Assembly (NCBI GenBank): GCA_026625185.1
Contig: CP113000.1
Location: forward strand, 795,622-827,621
Reading direction: 5' to 3'
Length of the DNA stretch: 32,000 nt
DNA from: Thermodesulfobacteriota bacterium
GTDB taxonomy: Bacteria > Desulfobacterota > WTBG01 > JAGOGO01
The notes beneath the pieces were generated by a model. The model saw nothing but the letters and a program-made list of their open reading frames with translations. It ran no database searches and was not told the origin of the DNA. A program made the position numbers and the translations under genes. Numbering within the stretch: the stretch's first letter is position 1; the number at the start of each line of letters is the position of its first letter. This document shows, piece by piece, positions 8,899 through 17,150 of the stretch.

Positions 8899-8943
8899 GT
8901 TGCAAGATAATTTTAGTGTTGCATTTATGAATCATCATGCAAC
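8899..8943. promoter_or_regulatory. candidate upstream activator sites: GTTGCA (8899), then inverted repeat GTTGCAT-N12-ATGCAAC (8918-8943)
   Basis: The hexamer TGCAAC/GTTGCA occurs 5 times within 200 bp of this intergenic region at 19-20 bp phasing. These sites lie about 200-240 bp upstream of the sigma-54 promoter. Confidence 0.45.
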
Positions 8944-9072
8944 GCGGGCCATATTCTGAAATTTTGATTTTAATAGTCTAATATTTAAATATTTTTTAAT
9001 TGTGAAACCCAAAACCAAAAGGTTTTAATTCGCTAAAAAATGCACCAATTATTATATTATATCTTCATTAAC

Positions 9073-9098
9073 TGCAACACTCAAATATAACGTGCAAC
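9073..9098. promoter_or_regulatory. two further direct TGCAAC copies 20 bp apart
   Basis: TGCAAC at 9073-9078 and 9093-9098, about 130-155 bp upstream of the divergent receiver gene. Confidence 0.35.
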
Positions 9099-9227
9099 AA
9101 CTATATTTCTATTAATTTGTAGGTCACTTTTCTTTTTCACCCATTGACATCAAGTGGGTTTTTTTGGTAGGGGTTTAGGTGAAAAGGGAAAAATAACCGA
9201 TTTTAAATTTTTTTAAGGAGGACAACA

Positions 9228-9626
9228 ATGGCACAGAAAAAGGTTTTAGTAATAGATGATGAGCCTGACGTATTGACCTACATTACCAGTATCCTGAAAA
9301 ATAACGGATATCTTTATGTTACTGCTAAAGATGGAATTGAAGGTATGGCAAAAGCCAGGGCAGAGAAACCCGATATAATCACCCTTGACCTTTTAATGCC
9401 GGAAAAGACCGGGATAAAATTATACCGGGAGCTCAGAAAGGATGAAGGGTTAAAGGGTATTCCGATCATAATGGTAACTGGTATCGCTTCGGAAGCTCAC
9501 CAGTTTGCCGATTTTAAAAAATTTATCTATGAGAGGAATATTCCGGCTCCAGAAGGTTATATTGAAAAACCTTTTAAAACGGAAGTGTTGATTGAAAAAA
9601 TTAAACAGGCATTGGGTGAACAGTAA
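9228..9626 (+). CDS. single-domain CheY-like response regulator receiver
   Basis: 132 aa with a strong SD (TAAGGAGGA). Motifs VIDDEPDV, IITLDLLMP, MVTG and EKPF. Confidence 0.9.
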   Translation: MAQKKVLVIDDEPDVLTYITSILKNNGYLYVTAKDGIEGMAKARAEKPDIITLDLLMPEKTGIKLYRELRKDEGLKGIPIIMVTGIASEAHQFADFKKFIYERNIPAPEGYIEKPFKTEVLIEKIKQALGEQ

Positions 9627-9744
9627 GGAGTAAAAACATTTCTACTTTTTATCTTTTGATGAAATCAATGTATAATAAATTGAAGCTTTATTTGGGAGAA
9701 AGATTCATCACTATATGTTTCAAAGGTAACAGGTAAAATACTTT

Positions 9745-9951
9745 ATGGATACAAAAAAGAATGTTGCCTTTCTCATTGATGAACAGAAAAGCTCAACGAG
9801 TGAGGAAAAAGAAATTAATTTTACTGCTATGATGGCTGCACGAGAGAAGTTGGGATTGAGCCAAAAAACGTAGCTCTTTACTGAAAAAACTTGAGCCCAA
9901 TTTCTCAGACAACTTAACATGTCATATGGCAATTCTCTTTTTAGGTTTTAG
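9745..9951 (+). pseudogene. possible degraded XRE-family HTH gene
   Basis: A single frame reads ...AMMAAREKLGLSQKT*LFTEKT*AQFLRQLNMSYGNS. This resembles an HTH_3 core (R-x-x-L-G-L-S-Q-x-x-L-A-x-K-x-x-V-S-x-x-x-L-S-Q-x-E-x-G) interrupted by TAG (9871) and TGA (9892). Confidence 0.3.
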
Positions 9952-10100
9952 TCAAGGAAGATGGATCGCTGAAGCAAGAGTAGATGGTCTGGCTGCATCA
10001 TTGGCCGATTAAAGAAGAGCATAGTTTGGGAATACCCCTCCGACACGGAGACGGGGTTTTAATTAACTCAATGATTAAGTTTGCCGCCGGAGGATAATAC

Positions 10101-11207
10101 ATGGAAGATGATATTTACCGCACCCTCATGAAGCACCTGGGCGAGGTAGGGATTGGTTATCCTCAGATTGATGATTTTTTAGAAGTCTTAAAAAAAACCA
10201 TTACCCCTAAAGAGGCCGAAATAGCTCTCGGGCTCCCTACCCGGCTACCGCCACTTGATGTTGAGGACGTTGAGGCGATTGCTGGCCGACTTAAAAAGCC
10301 GATAAAAGAAGTTGAAGAAATTTTAGAAAAACTTGCTCAAAAGGGTTTCCTCTATAAAGGAAAAACTCCCTCCGATAAGATTGGGTTTGCTTTTATCCAG
10401 ATCGGCTTTGGAATTCCCCAAATATTTTTTTGGAAGGGAAAAATTACTGATCAGGTAAAGGAAGTGGTCCGGCCTTTGGAAAAATATCTCGCTAAAGGGG
10501 CAAAAGAAGTCAGAGGAGCAGATAAGACCCGATTTTATCGCTATGTTCCGGTAAACAAAGCAGTGGAGCATGCCCTGCAGGCTGTTCTTCCTTTTGATAT
10601 GATGACTGAGGTAGTAAAGAAGGCACGCAAGATCGCCGTCGTCCATTGCCCCTGCCGACAAACAGCACGGATTCTTAAAGACTCGAAATGCACTCACAGT
10701 TTAGAGATATGTATAAAATTTAACAAGATGGCGGAATTTGTTTTGGAAAAGGGGTTAGGCCGGGAAATTTCGCAATCTGATGCCCTCGATCTTATCCGCA
10801 AAGCTGAAGAGGAAGGACTGATACATTTCGTGGATAATTGCCAGGATGAAATCCAGCATAACTGTAACTGTTGCTCATGCTGTTGCTGGAACGTTATGCC
10901 GATCAAAAAACGGCTGGTTCCTCGCGACTATATCATGGCTACGTACTACTTAAGAACAACTGATGAAAATGAGTGCATTAGCTGTGGCCAATGCGCTCAA
11001 GATTGCCCGCTCGAAATCATTACGATGGGAAATGATCTGCCAGTGGTTGATGAGAGCGTGTGTATTGGTTGTGGAGTATGCCTTCTTCATTGTCCCACTG
11101 GAGCGGCCAAACTGAAAAGGAAAGATGATAAAGTTCCCTTTAAGAACTTTCAGGTTTTACACCAAACCGCGATTAAAAACTCGATTTCAAAAAAACAAAC
11201 CTCATAA
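10101..11207 (+). CDS. 4Fe-4S dicluster domain protein with an additional Cys-rich region
   Basis: 368 aa with a GGAGGA SD. The C-terminus has CISCGQCAQDCP and CIGCGVCLLHCP, and upstream are HCPCRQ and CNCCSCCCW (10863-10889). The N-terminal ~100 aa is helical and possibly winged-helix-like. Confidence 0.8.
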   Translation: MEDDIYRTLMKHLGEVGIGYPQIDDFLEVLKKTITPKEAEIALGLPTRLPPLDVEDVEAIAGRLKKPIKEVEEILEKLAQKGFLYKGKTPSDKIGFAFIQIGFGIPQIFFWKGKITDQVKEVVRPLEKYLAKGAKEVRGADKTRFYRYVPVNKAVEHALQAVLPFDMMTEVVKKARKIAVVHCPCRQTARILKDSKCTHSLEICIKFNKMAEFVLEKGLGREISQSDALDLIRKAEEEGLIHFVDNCQDEIQHNCNCCSCCCWNVMPIKKRLVPRDYIMATYYLRTTDENECISCGQCAQDCPLEIITMGNDLPVVDESVCIGCGVCLLHCPTGAAKLKRKDDKVPFKNFQVLHQTAIKNSISKKQTS

Positions 11208-11436
11208 AAAGATTCATTTTAACAAAAACATCTCGTACAAAATTGCCCGGGAATAGTTTCCACAAAATCCACCTGCTGCTTGCCTCCACGATTTTCTTGG
11301 ATCATTAGTCTATTTTTTCTTATATCAAGCAATCCTATAATATGGGTAAAGGAATGGTGGTTAATATTTTTTTGTTTTAAGGTGTTTTCTGATATAGTAA
11401 AATAATTATGTTGATCATCAAAAGGAGGGAATCATT

Positions 11437-11658
11437 ATGGAGAATGAGACCATAAAAAAGCTCAATGTGCTTTTAACGCATTGGATGGAACACAATCGAG
11501 AACATGCGGCCGAATATGACAAATGGGCCCTCCAGGCAAAAACCGAAGGGTTCACCGAAGTTTTCGCTGCCCTTAAGGAAGCAAGCGATGTGATTCAAAA
11601 AACTAACGAAAAATTATTAAAAACCTGGGAGATTCTCAAAAAACAAACCAAGGAATAA
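11437..11658 (+). CDS. hypothetical small helical protein (73 aa)
   Basis: Strong SD (AAAGGAGGGA). Predicted all-helical, with the motif THWMEHNREH. The stop lies only 4 nt from the convergent glgA stop. Confidence 0.55.
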   Translation: MENETIKKLNVLLTHWMEHNREHAAEYDKWALQAKTEGFTEVFAALKEASDVIQKTNEKLLKTWEILKKQTKE

Positions 11659-11662
11659 AAGC

Positions 11663-13138
11663 TTAATCACCTGGGTTTCCTAACTTTGCCAATGCCTTCC
11701 GGTAAAGTTCCACATATTTTTTCGCAGATATTTTCCAAGAAAAATCAGCATCCATGGCGTTCTTGATGAGTTTTTCCCACTTCCCTTTGTCATTATAAAG
11801 AGTTAAAGCCTTTTTGATTGTCTTTAGCAGCTTGTTGGCATCATATTGTTTAAATTTAAATCCGGTTCCTTTCCCCGATGATGGATTAAATTCTTGAATA
11901 GTATCATCGAGCCCGCCAGTAGCCCTTACAATAGGGATCGTGCCGTATTTCAAACTATAAATCTGGTTAAGTCCGCAGGGCTCATAACGTGAGGGCATTA
12001 AGAACATATCGCACCCCGCTTCGATCTTATGGGCCAAGGTATTATCGTAAGCGATTTTTATTCCGGTCTTTTTAGGATATTTTCCCCCGATCAGGGTAAA
12101 AAGTTCATTATATTTTTCATCACCAGTTCCTAAAAGCACAAAACCGAGGTCCATTGTCATCAGTTTGTCCATAATCTGGGCCAGAAGATCAAAGCCTTTC
12201 TGGTCGGCCAGGCGGGAGATCACACCGAGTAAAGGAACAGAGAGAAGCTCTTCGGACAGACTGAAAGCCTTTAACAAATCCTGCTTGCATTTCGGTTTTC
12301 CGGTCAGGTCCTCAAGTGAATACGGTGAAGCGATAAACGCATCGGTGGCGGGATTCCATTCTTCATAGTCAGCGCCATTTAATACTCCGTAAAGGTCTTT
12401 TTTACGCGTGCGCAGAATCCCCTCCAGTCCGTAGCCGAATTCCTCGGTCTGAATTTCCCGGCTGTAAGTTTCGCTCACGGTATTAACAATATCCGCGAAA
12501 ACTATGCCGGCTTTCATAAAACTGATCTTCCCCCAGAACTCCACTCCGGCAATGGAAAAAAGTTCCGGAGGAAGGCCGGTTAAGTCAAAAGCCTCTCGGG
12601 AAAAGAGGCCCTGATAAGCCACATTATGAATAGAAAAAATCGAAGCGGTTTTCGCGAACCGGGGATCTTTTCTATACACGGTTTTCAAGTAACAGGGAAT
12701 TAAACCGCTTTGCCAGTCATTACAGTGGATGATATCAGGAAAAAAGTTAAGTTTCTCGCATAGCGCAAAAACCATTTTGGAAAAGAAAATGAACCGCGCG
12801 GCATTGTCAAAATAATCTCCTTTTGGGGTGCCGTATAAATTACTCCGATCGTAAAATTCCTCCTTTTCTACCAGATAGAACAAACAATCGTTTTCTTCGG
12901 TTAACAATGTTCTGATATCCCCTTTCACTGTTTGTTTGCCCAGCGTTACTTCCAGGTCTTCAGCGAGAAGTTTATAGTTGAATTTCTGTTCCCTCGCCAT
13001 CCGGTAAAAAGGCAGCACTAGCCGCGCGTCAACCCCGATCTCTTTGAGAGCTCTTGGCAGAGTGCCGCTCACATCCGCCAATCCGCCTGTTTTTGCAAAA
13101 GGGACTGCTTCTGACGAAACAAAAAGGACTTTTAGCAT
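11663..13138 (-). CDS. glgA: glycogen synthase (ADP-glucose type, GT5)
   Basis: 491 aa. N-terminal SEAVPFAKTGGLADV signature plus HCNDWQ, PSRYEPCGL and TGGLDDT motifs. Confidence 0.95.
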   Translation of the reverse strand: MLKVLFVSSEAVPFAKTGGLADVSGTLPRALKEIGVDARLVLPFYRMAREQKFNYKLLAEDLEVTLGKQTVKGDIRTLLTEENDCLFYLVEKEEFYDRSNLYGTPKGDYFDNAARFIFFSKMVFALCEKLNFFPDIIHCNDWQSGLIPCYLKTVYRKDPRFAKTASIFSIHNVAYQGLFSREAFDLTGLPPELFSIAGVEFWGKISFMKAGIVFADIVNTVSETYSREIQTEEFGYGLEGILRTRKKDLYGVLNGADYEEWNPATDAFIASPYSLEDLTGKPKCKQDLLKAFSLSEELLSVPLLGVISRLADQKGFDLLAQIMDKLMTMDLGFVLLGTGDEKYNELFTLIGGKYPKKTGIKIAYDNTLAHKIEAGCDMFLMPSRYEPCGLNQIYSLKYGTIPIVRATGGLDDTIQEFNPSSGKGTGFKFKQYDANKLLKTIKKALTLYNDKGKWEKLIKNAMDADFSWKISAKKYVELYRKALAKLGNPGD

Positions 13139-13512
13139 ACCCTACCTCTACTATAATATTCCAGTATAATTAAAATTTCCTTGACCTTGAAATTATTATA
13201 TTCCACCAGCACGTGCAAGGCAAGAGGAAAAGACCTCTGCAGGGGTTGTAAGTTTTAAACATTTTCTTGGTGTTTTCTTTAAAAGGTTTTTGATTGTTTT
13301 TCATTTAGAGGACCTGATTATAGCAAACTCGATTTTCTTTTTGCCAAAAAGCGCACCATAAGATTAATGGCATATTTGACCGCGCCTTTTCACCCCGCTG
13401 TGTCAGGGATTACTGATTAAAAATATATTGTAATTTTTTAGAAGTTAAACTATTATCTTGACCCATTGCGATAAGAGAAGTTTCATGGGGTTTGATCACG
13501 AGGAGGAAACCA

Positions 13513-14028
13513 ATGGAACAAAAAGAAGAGGAAGCAATTAAAAAAGTGATGCGGAAGCTGTGGATTGTTTGGGCTTCCATGCTCGTTTTTTTGGCAATGC
13601 ATATCGTCGTTTGTTATCATCTGGCTGAGAATTTAAAAACCCGGTCCTCACAAGCAGTTCCCCTCGTAATGGTTAAAAACATCTTTTATGGCCTAACTGT
13701 TGGTTCTTTATTGCTCGCAAATTTTTTGAAAAAATTAGTGTTGAGAGTTAAAACCGATCATTCACGTCAAGCGTCAATAAACCCCACCCCAGTCCGTCAG
13801 CAACCTCCCTTCGTGACAGGATATTTCACGACAGTTATTGTTTCTCTCGCTATTTCAGTAAGCATCGGGCTTTATGGTTATGTTTTTTTCTTTTTCAGTG
13901 CTGACTTCCCGACCCTTTATACCTTTATGGCCATTTCGGCTGCGGCGTTGTTTTACTTCCGTCCAAAAATAGAAGAACTAAAAAAGTTAGCTGCTGCCAT
14001 GGAAAGCGCTCATGGCGCAGGCGAATAA
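13513..14028 (+). CDS. hypothetical membrane protein (about 4 TM)
   Basis: ATG at 13513 preceded by AGGAGGAAA (the track's TTG at 13492 is less likely). It has hydrophobic segments, no recognisable motif, and lies 40 nt upstream of lemA. Confidence 0.6.
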   Translation: MEQKEEEAIKKVMRKLWIVWASMLVFLAMHIVVCYHLAENLKTRSSQAVPLVMVKNIFYGLTVGSLLLANFLKKLVLRVKTDHSRQASINPTPVRQQPPFVTGYFTTVIVSLAISVSIGLYGYVFFFFSADFPTLYTFMAISAAALFYFRPKIEELKKLAAAMESAHGAGE

Positions 14029-14067
14029 AATATAACGGTTAATTTTTTTTAAAAAAAGGAGGAGACA

Positions 14068-14637
14068 ATGGTCGGATTAATTGTTCTGGCAGGTATCGTC
14101 CTGATTGTCGTGTGGGGAATAGTAACCTTTAACCGGCTGGTATCCCTTCGGAACGAGGTGCAGAATTCCTGGAAACAAATCGATGTCCAGTTAAAGAGAA
14201 GACATGATCTTATTCCCAATTTGGTTTCTGTGGTCAAGGGCACCATGGAATTTGAGCAAGACACCCTCGAGAAAGTTATAAACGCACGGGCAAAGGCGGT
14301 TTCAGCCGGCAGCATGCAGGATAAAGTGAACGCCGAAAACATGCTTACCCAGGCTTTGGGAAAACTTTTTGCGGTCATGGAAAATTATCCGCAGCTTAAG
14401 TCCAATCAAAATATCATGCAGCTGCAGGAAGAGCTTACCTCAACCGAAAACCGCATAGGATTTGCCCGGCAGTTATATAACGATCTGGTCGCGCAGTACC
14501 GGATCAAGCAGGAAGTTTTTCCGAATAATATTTTTGTCGCGTTTTTCGGCGTTTTTAACAAAGAGGTCTATTTCGAGGCGGAGGAGGAGGCGCGCAAAGT
14601 TCCTCAGGCGGACACCAGCATCAGACCAAAAAGTTAA
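14068..14637 (+). CDS. lemA: LemA family protein
   Basis: 189 aa with an AGGAGGAG SD. N-terminal TM, then the NRLV.LRNEV.NSW.QIDVQLKRRHDLIPNLV and ENYPQLK signatures of LemA. Confidence 0.9.
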   Translation: MVGLIVLAGIVLIVVWGIVTFNRLVSLRNEVQNSWKQIDVQLKRRHDLIPNLVSVVKGTMEFEQDTLEKVINARAKAVSAGSMQDKVNAENMLTQALGKLFAVMENYPQLKSNQNIMQLQEELTSTENRIGFARQLYNDLVAQYRIKQEVFPNNIFVAFFGVFNKEVYFEAEEEARKVPQADTSIRPKS

Positions 14638-14648
14638 CCGGTTAATCC

Positions 14649-16271
14649 ATGCCATTTACTTTTATTGATATAGAACGCCAAAAGAGCTGGAAGATCGGCC
14701 TGTTTTTTGTCATCCTTCTGCTCATGTATTTTTTCAGCGCCCTGGTGATCGCGCGGATGGTTTTCGGCAACATCTTTGCAAAAGGCGTAATCCAGGGGGC
14801 CTTCAATGCTATTTATATTTTTATTTTTGCTGCGATGTTCGCATTTGTTCACTTTTTTCTCTTGTCCTATGATGTCACCGAAACGATAAAAGAAAAACTG
14901 GGCGCAACCGACCTTGACCCTGAAGATGACCTGCACAAACGTCTGAAGAACATTATGGCCGAAATCCATGTGGCTACCGGCAATAAGCGAAAAATGACGT
15001 GCGCTGTTATTCCTAGTCCGGCGATGAATGCTCTTGCGGCTAATGACTTCAAGGGAAACGCGCTCATCGCAATTACTGAAGGATTAGTGTCAAGACTTTC
15101 GCGGGATCAGACCGAGGCGGTTATTGCCCACGAAGCCTATCACATTCTCTCCGGTGATTGCCGTGAAAGTACCCTTGCGGTAAGCCTCTTCGGGTTTTCC
15201 ATGCCTTTCATGGAAAAAATTATGATTTACTGGGGGCGACTCTATCTCTTGTCTTTTATTCTTTTTAAACTTGGATATCTTTTAAACATGTTAATTTCAC
15301 GGGAGCGTGAATATCGGGCTGACGCCGGCGCGGTCCGGATGACCCGCAATCCTCTTGCACTTGCGGAGGTACTCTATCTGCTTTCCAAAAACTGGCGAGG
15401 CACAGGTTTGATCAGCAGTGACCTTGAAGGGTTATGTATCGTAAATCCCCGTCTCGATGAACTGGACGAATCAGAAGGTTTTTTTGCCGACCTTTTCTCC
15501 AGCCATCCACCCATCGAAAAACGAACTGAAATACTTCTGAATATGGCACACGCGGGTGTGGCTGAACTTGAGGCAAGAAGGAAACAAACCGCGACAAAAT
15601 CTTTGCCTGAAGAAACAGAAAAGAAATACTACGCCTTAGACGCTCTGTATGCCTGGCAAGGCCCTTACGCAGTGGCCGAGCTTGCCGCATTGCCATGGTT
15701 TTCTCCCCTGACCTGGGTAAGCGACGGGAGTGAAACGACGACCAAGGCATCTCAGATACCTGCGTTACGCGAAACACTTAAAACCCGTATTGCACCGCTG
15801 GAAGGGAAAATATCGGAGTATCCCTGCCCGGTGTGTCGGCAGCCGCTCATCCAGCAACACTACGAACAGATCCGGATATATCCATGTAACTTTTGTGGGG
15901 GCACGTTGGTTGACTGGGATAAGCTTCCGCGGATTATTATCCGGCGGGAAAACACCTGGTCCGAAAAAATCAAGGCCCAGGCGTGCGCGACCCTCAAGGA
16001 AAATCAGCGGGCCTATATCATGCGCCGCAGCAAAAACAATAAAACCAAAGCGGTCTCGTTGCAGTGTCCTAAATGCAAAAGGAGTATGCAGCGGACATTT
16101 TACAGCTATGTCTATCTTGTTGCAATAGACCGCTGTGCTTGCGGAGCGACGTGGTTTGATAAGGATGAACTGAGCATGCTCCAGTGCATGATCGAAAATA
16201 AGATGGCAGGAGAAGATTTTGCTGAAGAAGAAAGAAGAAATGATCGGAGAGCGCCCGCGCCCCGGCAATGA
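14649..16271 (+). CDS. membrane M48 (HtpX-like) zinc metallopeptidase with C-terminal GYF-like and two zinc-ribbon domains
   Basis: 540 aa. TM helices, HEAYH (15129-15143) and REREYRAD (third ligand Glu). Then YYALDALYAWQGPYAVAELAALPWFSPLTWV (GYF_2-like). Then CPVCRQPL...CNFCGGTLVDWDKL and CPKCKRSM...CACGATWFDKDEL (TFIIB-type zinc-ribbon pattern). Confidence 0.85.
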   Translation: MPFTFIDIERQKSWKIGLFFVILLLMYFFSALVIARMVFGNIFAKGVIQGAFNAIYIFIFAAMFAFVHFFLLSYDVTETIKEKLGATDLDPEDDLHKRLKNIMAEIHVATGNKRKMTCAVIPSPAMNALAANDFKGNALIAITEGLVSRLSRDQTEAVIAHEAYHILSGDCRESTLAVSLFGFSMPFMEKIMIYWGRLYLLSFILFKLGYLLNMLISREREYRADAGAVRMTRNPLALAEVLYLLSKNWRGTGLISSDLEGLCIVNPRLDELDESEGFFADLFSSHPPIEKRTEILLNMAHAGVAELEARRKQTATKSLPEETEKKYYALDALYAWQGPYAVAELAALPWFSPLTWVSDGSETTTKASQIPALRETLKTRIAPLEGKISEYPCPVCRQPLIQQHYEQIRIYPCNFCGGTLVDWDKLPRIIIRRENTWSEKIKAQACATLKENQRAYIMRRSKNNKTKAVSLQCPKCKRSMQRTFYSYVYLVAIDRCACGATWFDKDELSMLQCMIENKMAGEDFAEEERRNDRRAPAPRQ

Positions 16272-16321
16272 TAACTTTTTTTTTCGCCAACCAGCGGCGA
16301 CGATGAGAGATGGGTCCAATG

Positions 16322-16358
16322 ACCCCTGTGAAATTTTTTCTCACGGGGTTTATTTTTT
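16322..16358. terminator. hairpin between convergent genes (bidirectional terminator candidate)
   Basis: CCCC(T)GTGA-N9-TCACGGGG followed by TTTATTTTTT on the plus strand. It sits between the M48 stop (16271) and the cbiO stop (16350). Confidence 0.5.
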
Positions 16359-17150
16359 GTGAGTGTAATCTGAATGGTGGTGGGTATGATGGGGAATTTT
16401 ATTCGGATCCCACAACGAAATTTTCTGCATGCATAACGGCTTTTCAAGGCTGTTGGCGTGAAGAAAAGCTTCGTCCTGAAGGATTTCTTGCGTTGAGGCA
16501 TCAGCGGTGACACAGCCGCCGTGAAGGACAATAGTCCGCTCGCACAGCTCCAGGGCCATATCTAGGTCGTGGGTGGCGATGATTTTTGTATGCTCGAAGG
16601 TTTTGAGCAGTTCGATCAGCCGTCTCCGTGAGCGGGGATCAAGGCTTGAGGTCGGTTCATCCAAGACCAGAATATCCGGAGACATAGCCAGAACGGTAGC
16701 AATGGAAACAGAACGTTTTTCACCTTGTGAGAGCTTATACGGAGGGCGCTTTGCCAGGTGTCCCACGCCGGCTGTCTCAAGAGCCCGAAGAACCGTTTGT
16801 TTTGCCTCATCTTTGGTCATTCCGAAATTCAACGGTCCAAAAGCGACATCATCAAAAACCGTCGGCATGAATAACTGATCATCAGGATTCTGAAAGACCA
16901 TACCCAAGCTGCGGCGCACCTCATTCAGATTTTTGGAATTCAATGGATAGTCGCCAATCCGTAAAGTCCCTTGCGCGGCTGTCAAGCAGCCGTTTAAATG
17001 AAGCAAAAGAGTTGATTTGCCCGCGCCATTTTCTCCGACCAGGGCCACCGATTCCCCGTGTGAGACACGAAACGAAACCCCGTTTAGTCCCACCGTGCCG
17101 TCCGGATACGTATAATGCAGATCAATCGCTTCGACAATATGATGAGTCAT
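16350..17150 (-). CDS. cbiO: ECF transporter ATPase (CbiO/NikO type) with a His-rich C-terminal tail
   Basis: Walker A GENGAGKST, signature LSQGEKR, Walker B ILVLDEPTS. The start at ATG 17150 overlaps the cbiQ stop (ATGA). The tail reads PHHTHHHSDYTHKK. Confidence 0.9.
   Translation of the reverse strand: MTHHIVEAIDLHYTYPDGTVGLNGVSFRVSHGESVALVGENGAGKSTLLLHLNGCLTAAQGTLRIGDYPLNSKNLNEVRRSLGMVFQNPDDQLFMPTVFDDVAFGPLNFGMTKDEAKQTVLRALETAGVGHLAKRPPYKLSQGEKRSVSIATVLAMSPDILVLDEPTSSLDPRSRRRLIELLKTFEHTKIIATHDLDMALELCERTIVLHGGCVTADASTQEILQDEAFLHANSLEKPLCMQKISLWDPNKIPHHTHHHSDYTHKK

Noticed and set aside
9144-9172. TTGACA at 9144 as the -35 of a sigma-70 promoter for the second receiver gene.
   Set aside because: No acceptable -10 hexamer lies at 16-19 nt spacing (GTAGGG/TAGGGG). 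The nearby ACCCA-N11-TGGGT+T7 hairpin makes the interpretation ambiguous.
9720-9932. A 70-aa minus-strand ORF in the intergenic region after the second receiver gene.
   Set aside because: It has no SD and a low-complexity hydrophobic translation, and it overlaps the plus-strand XRE-like relic, which explains the open frame better.
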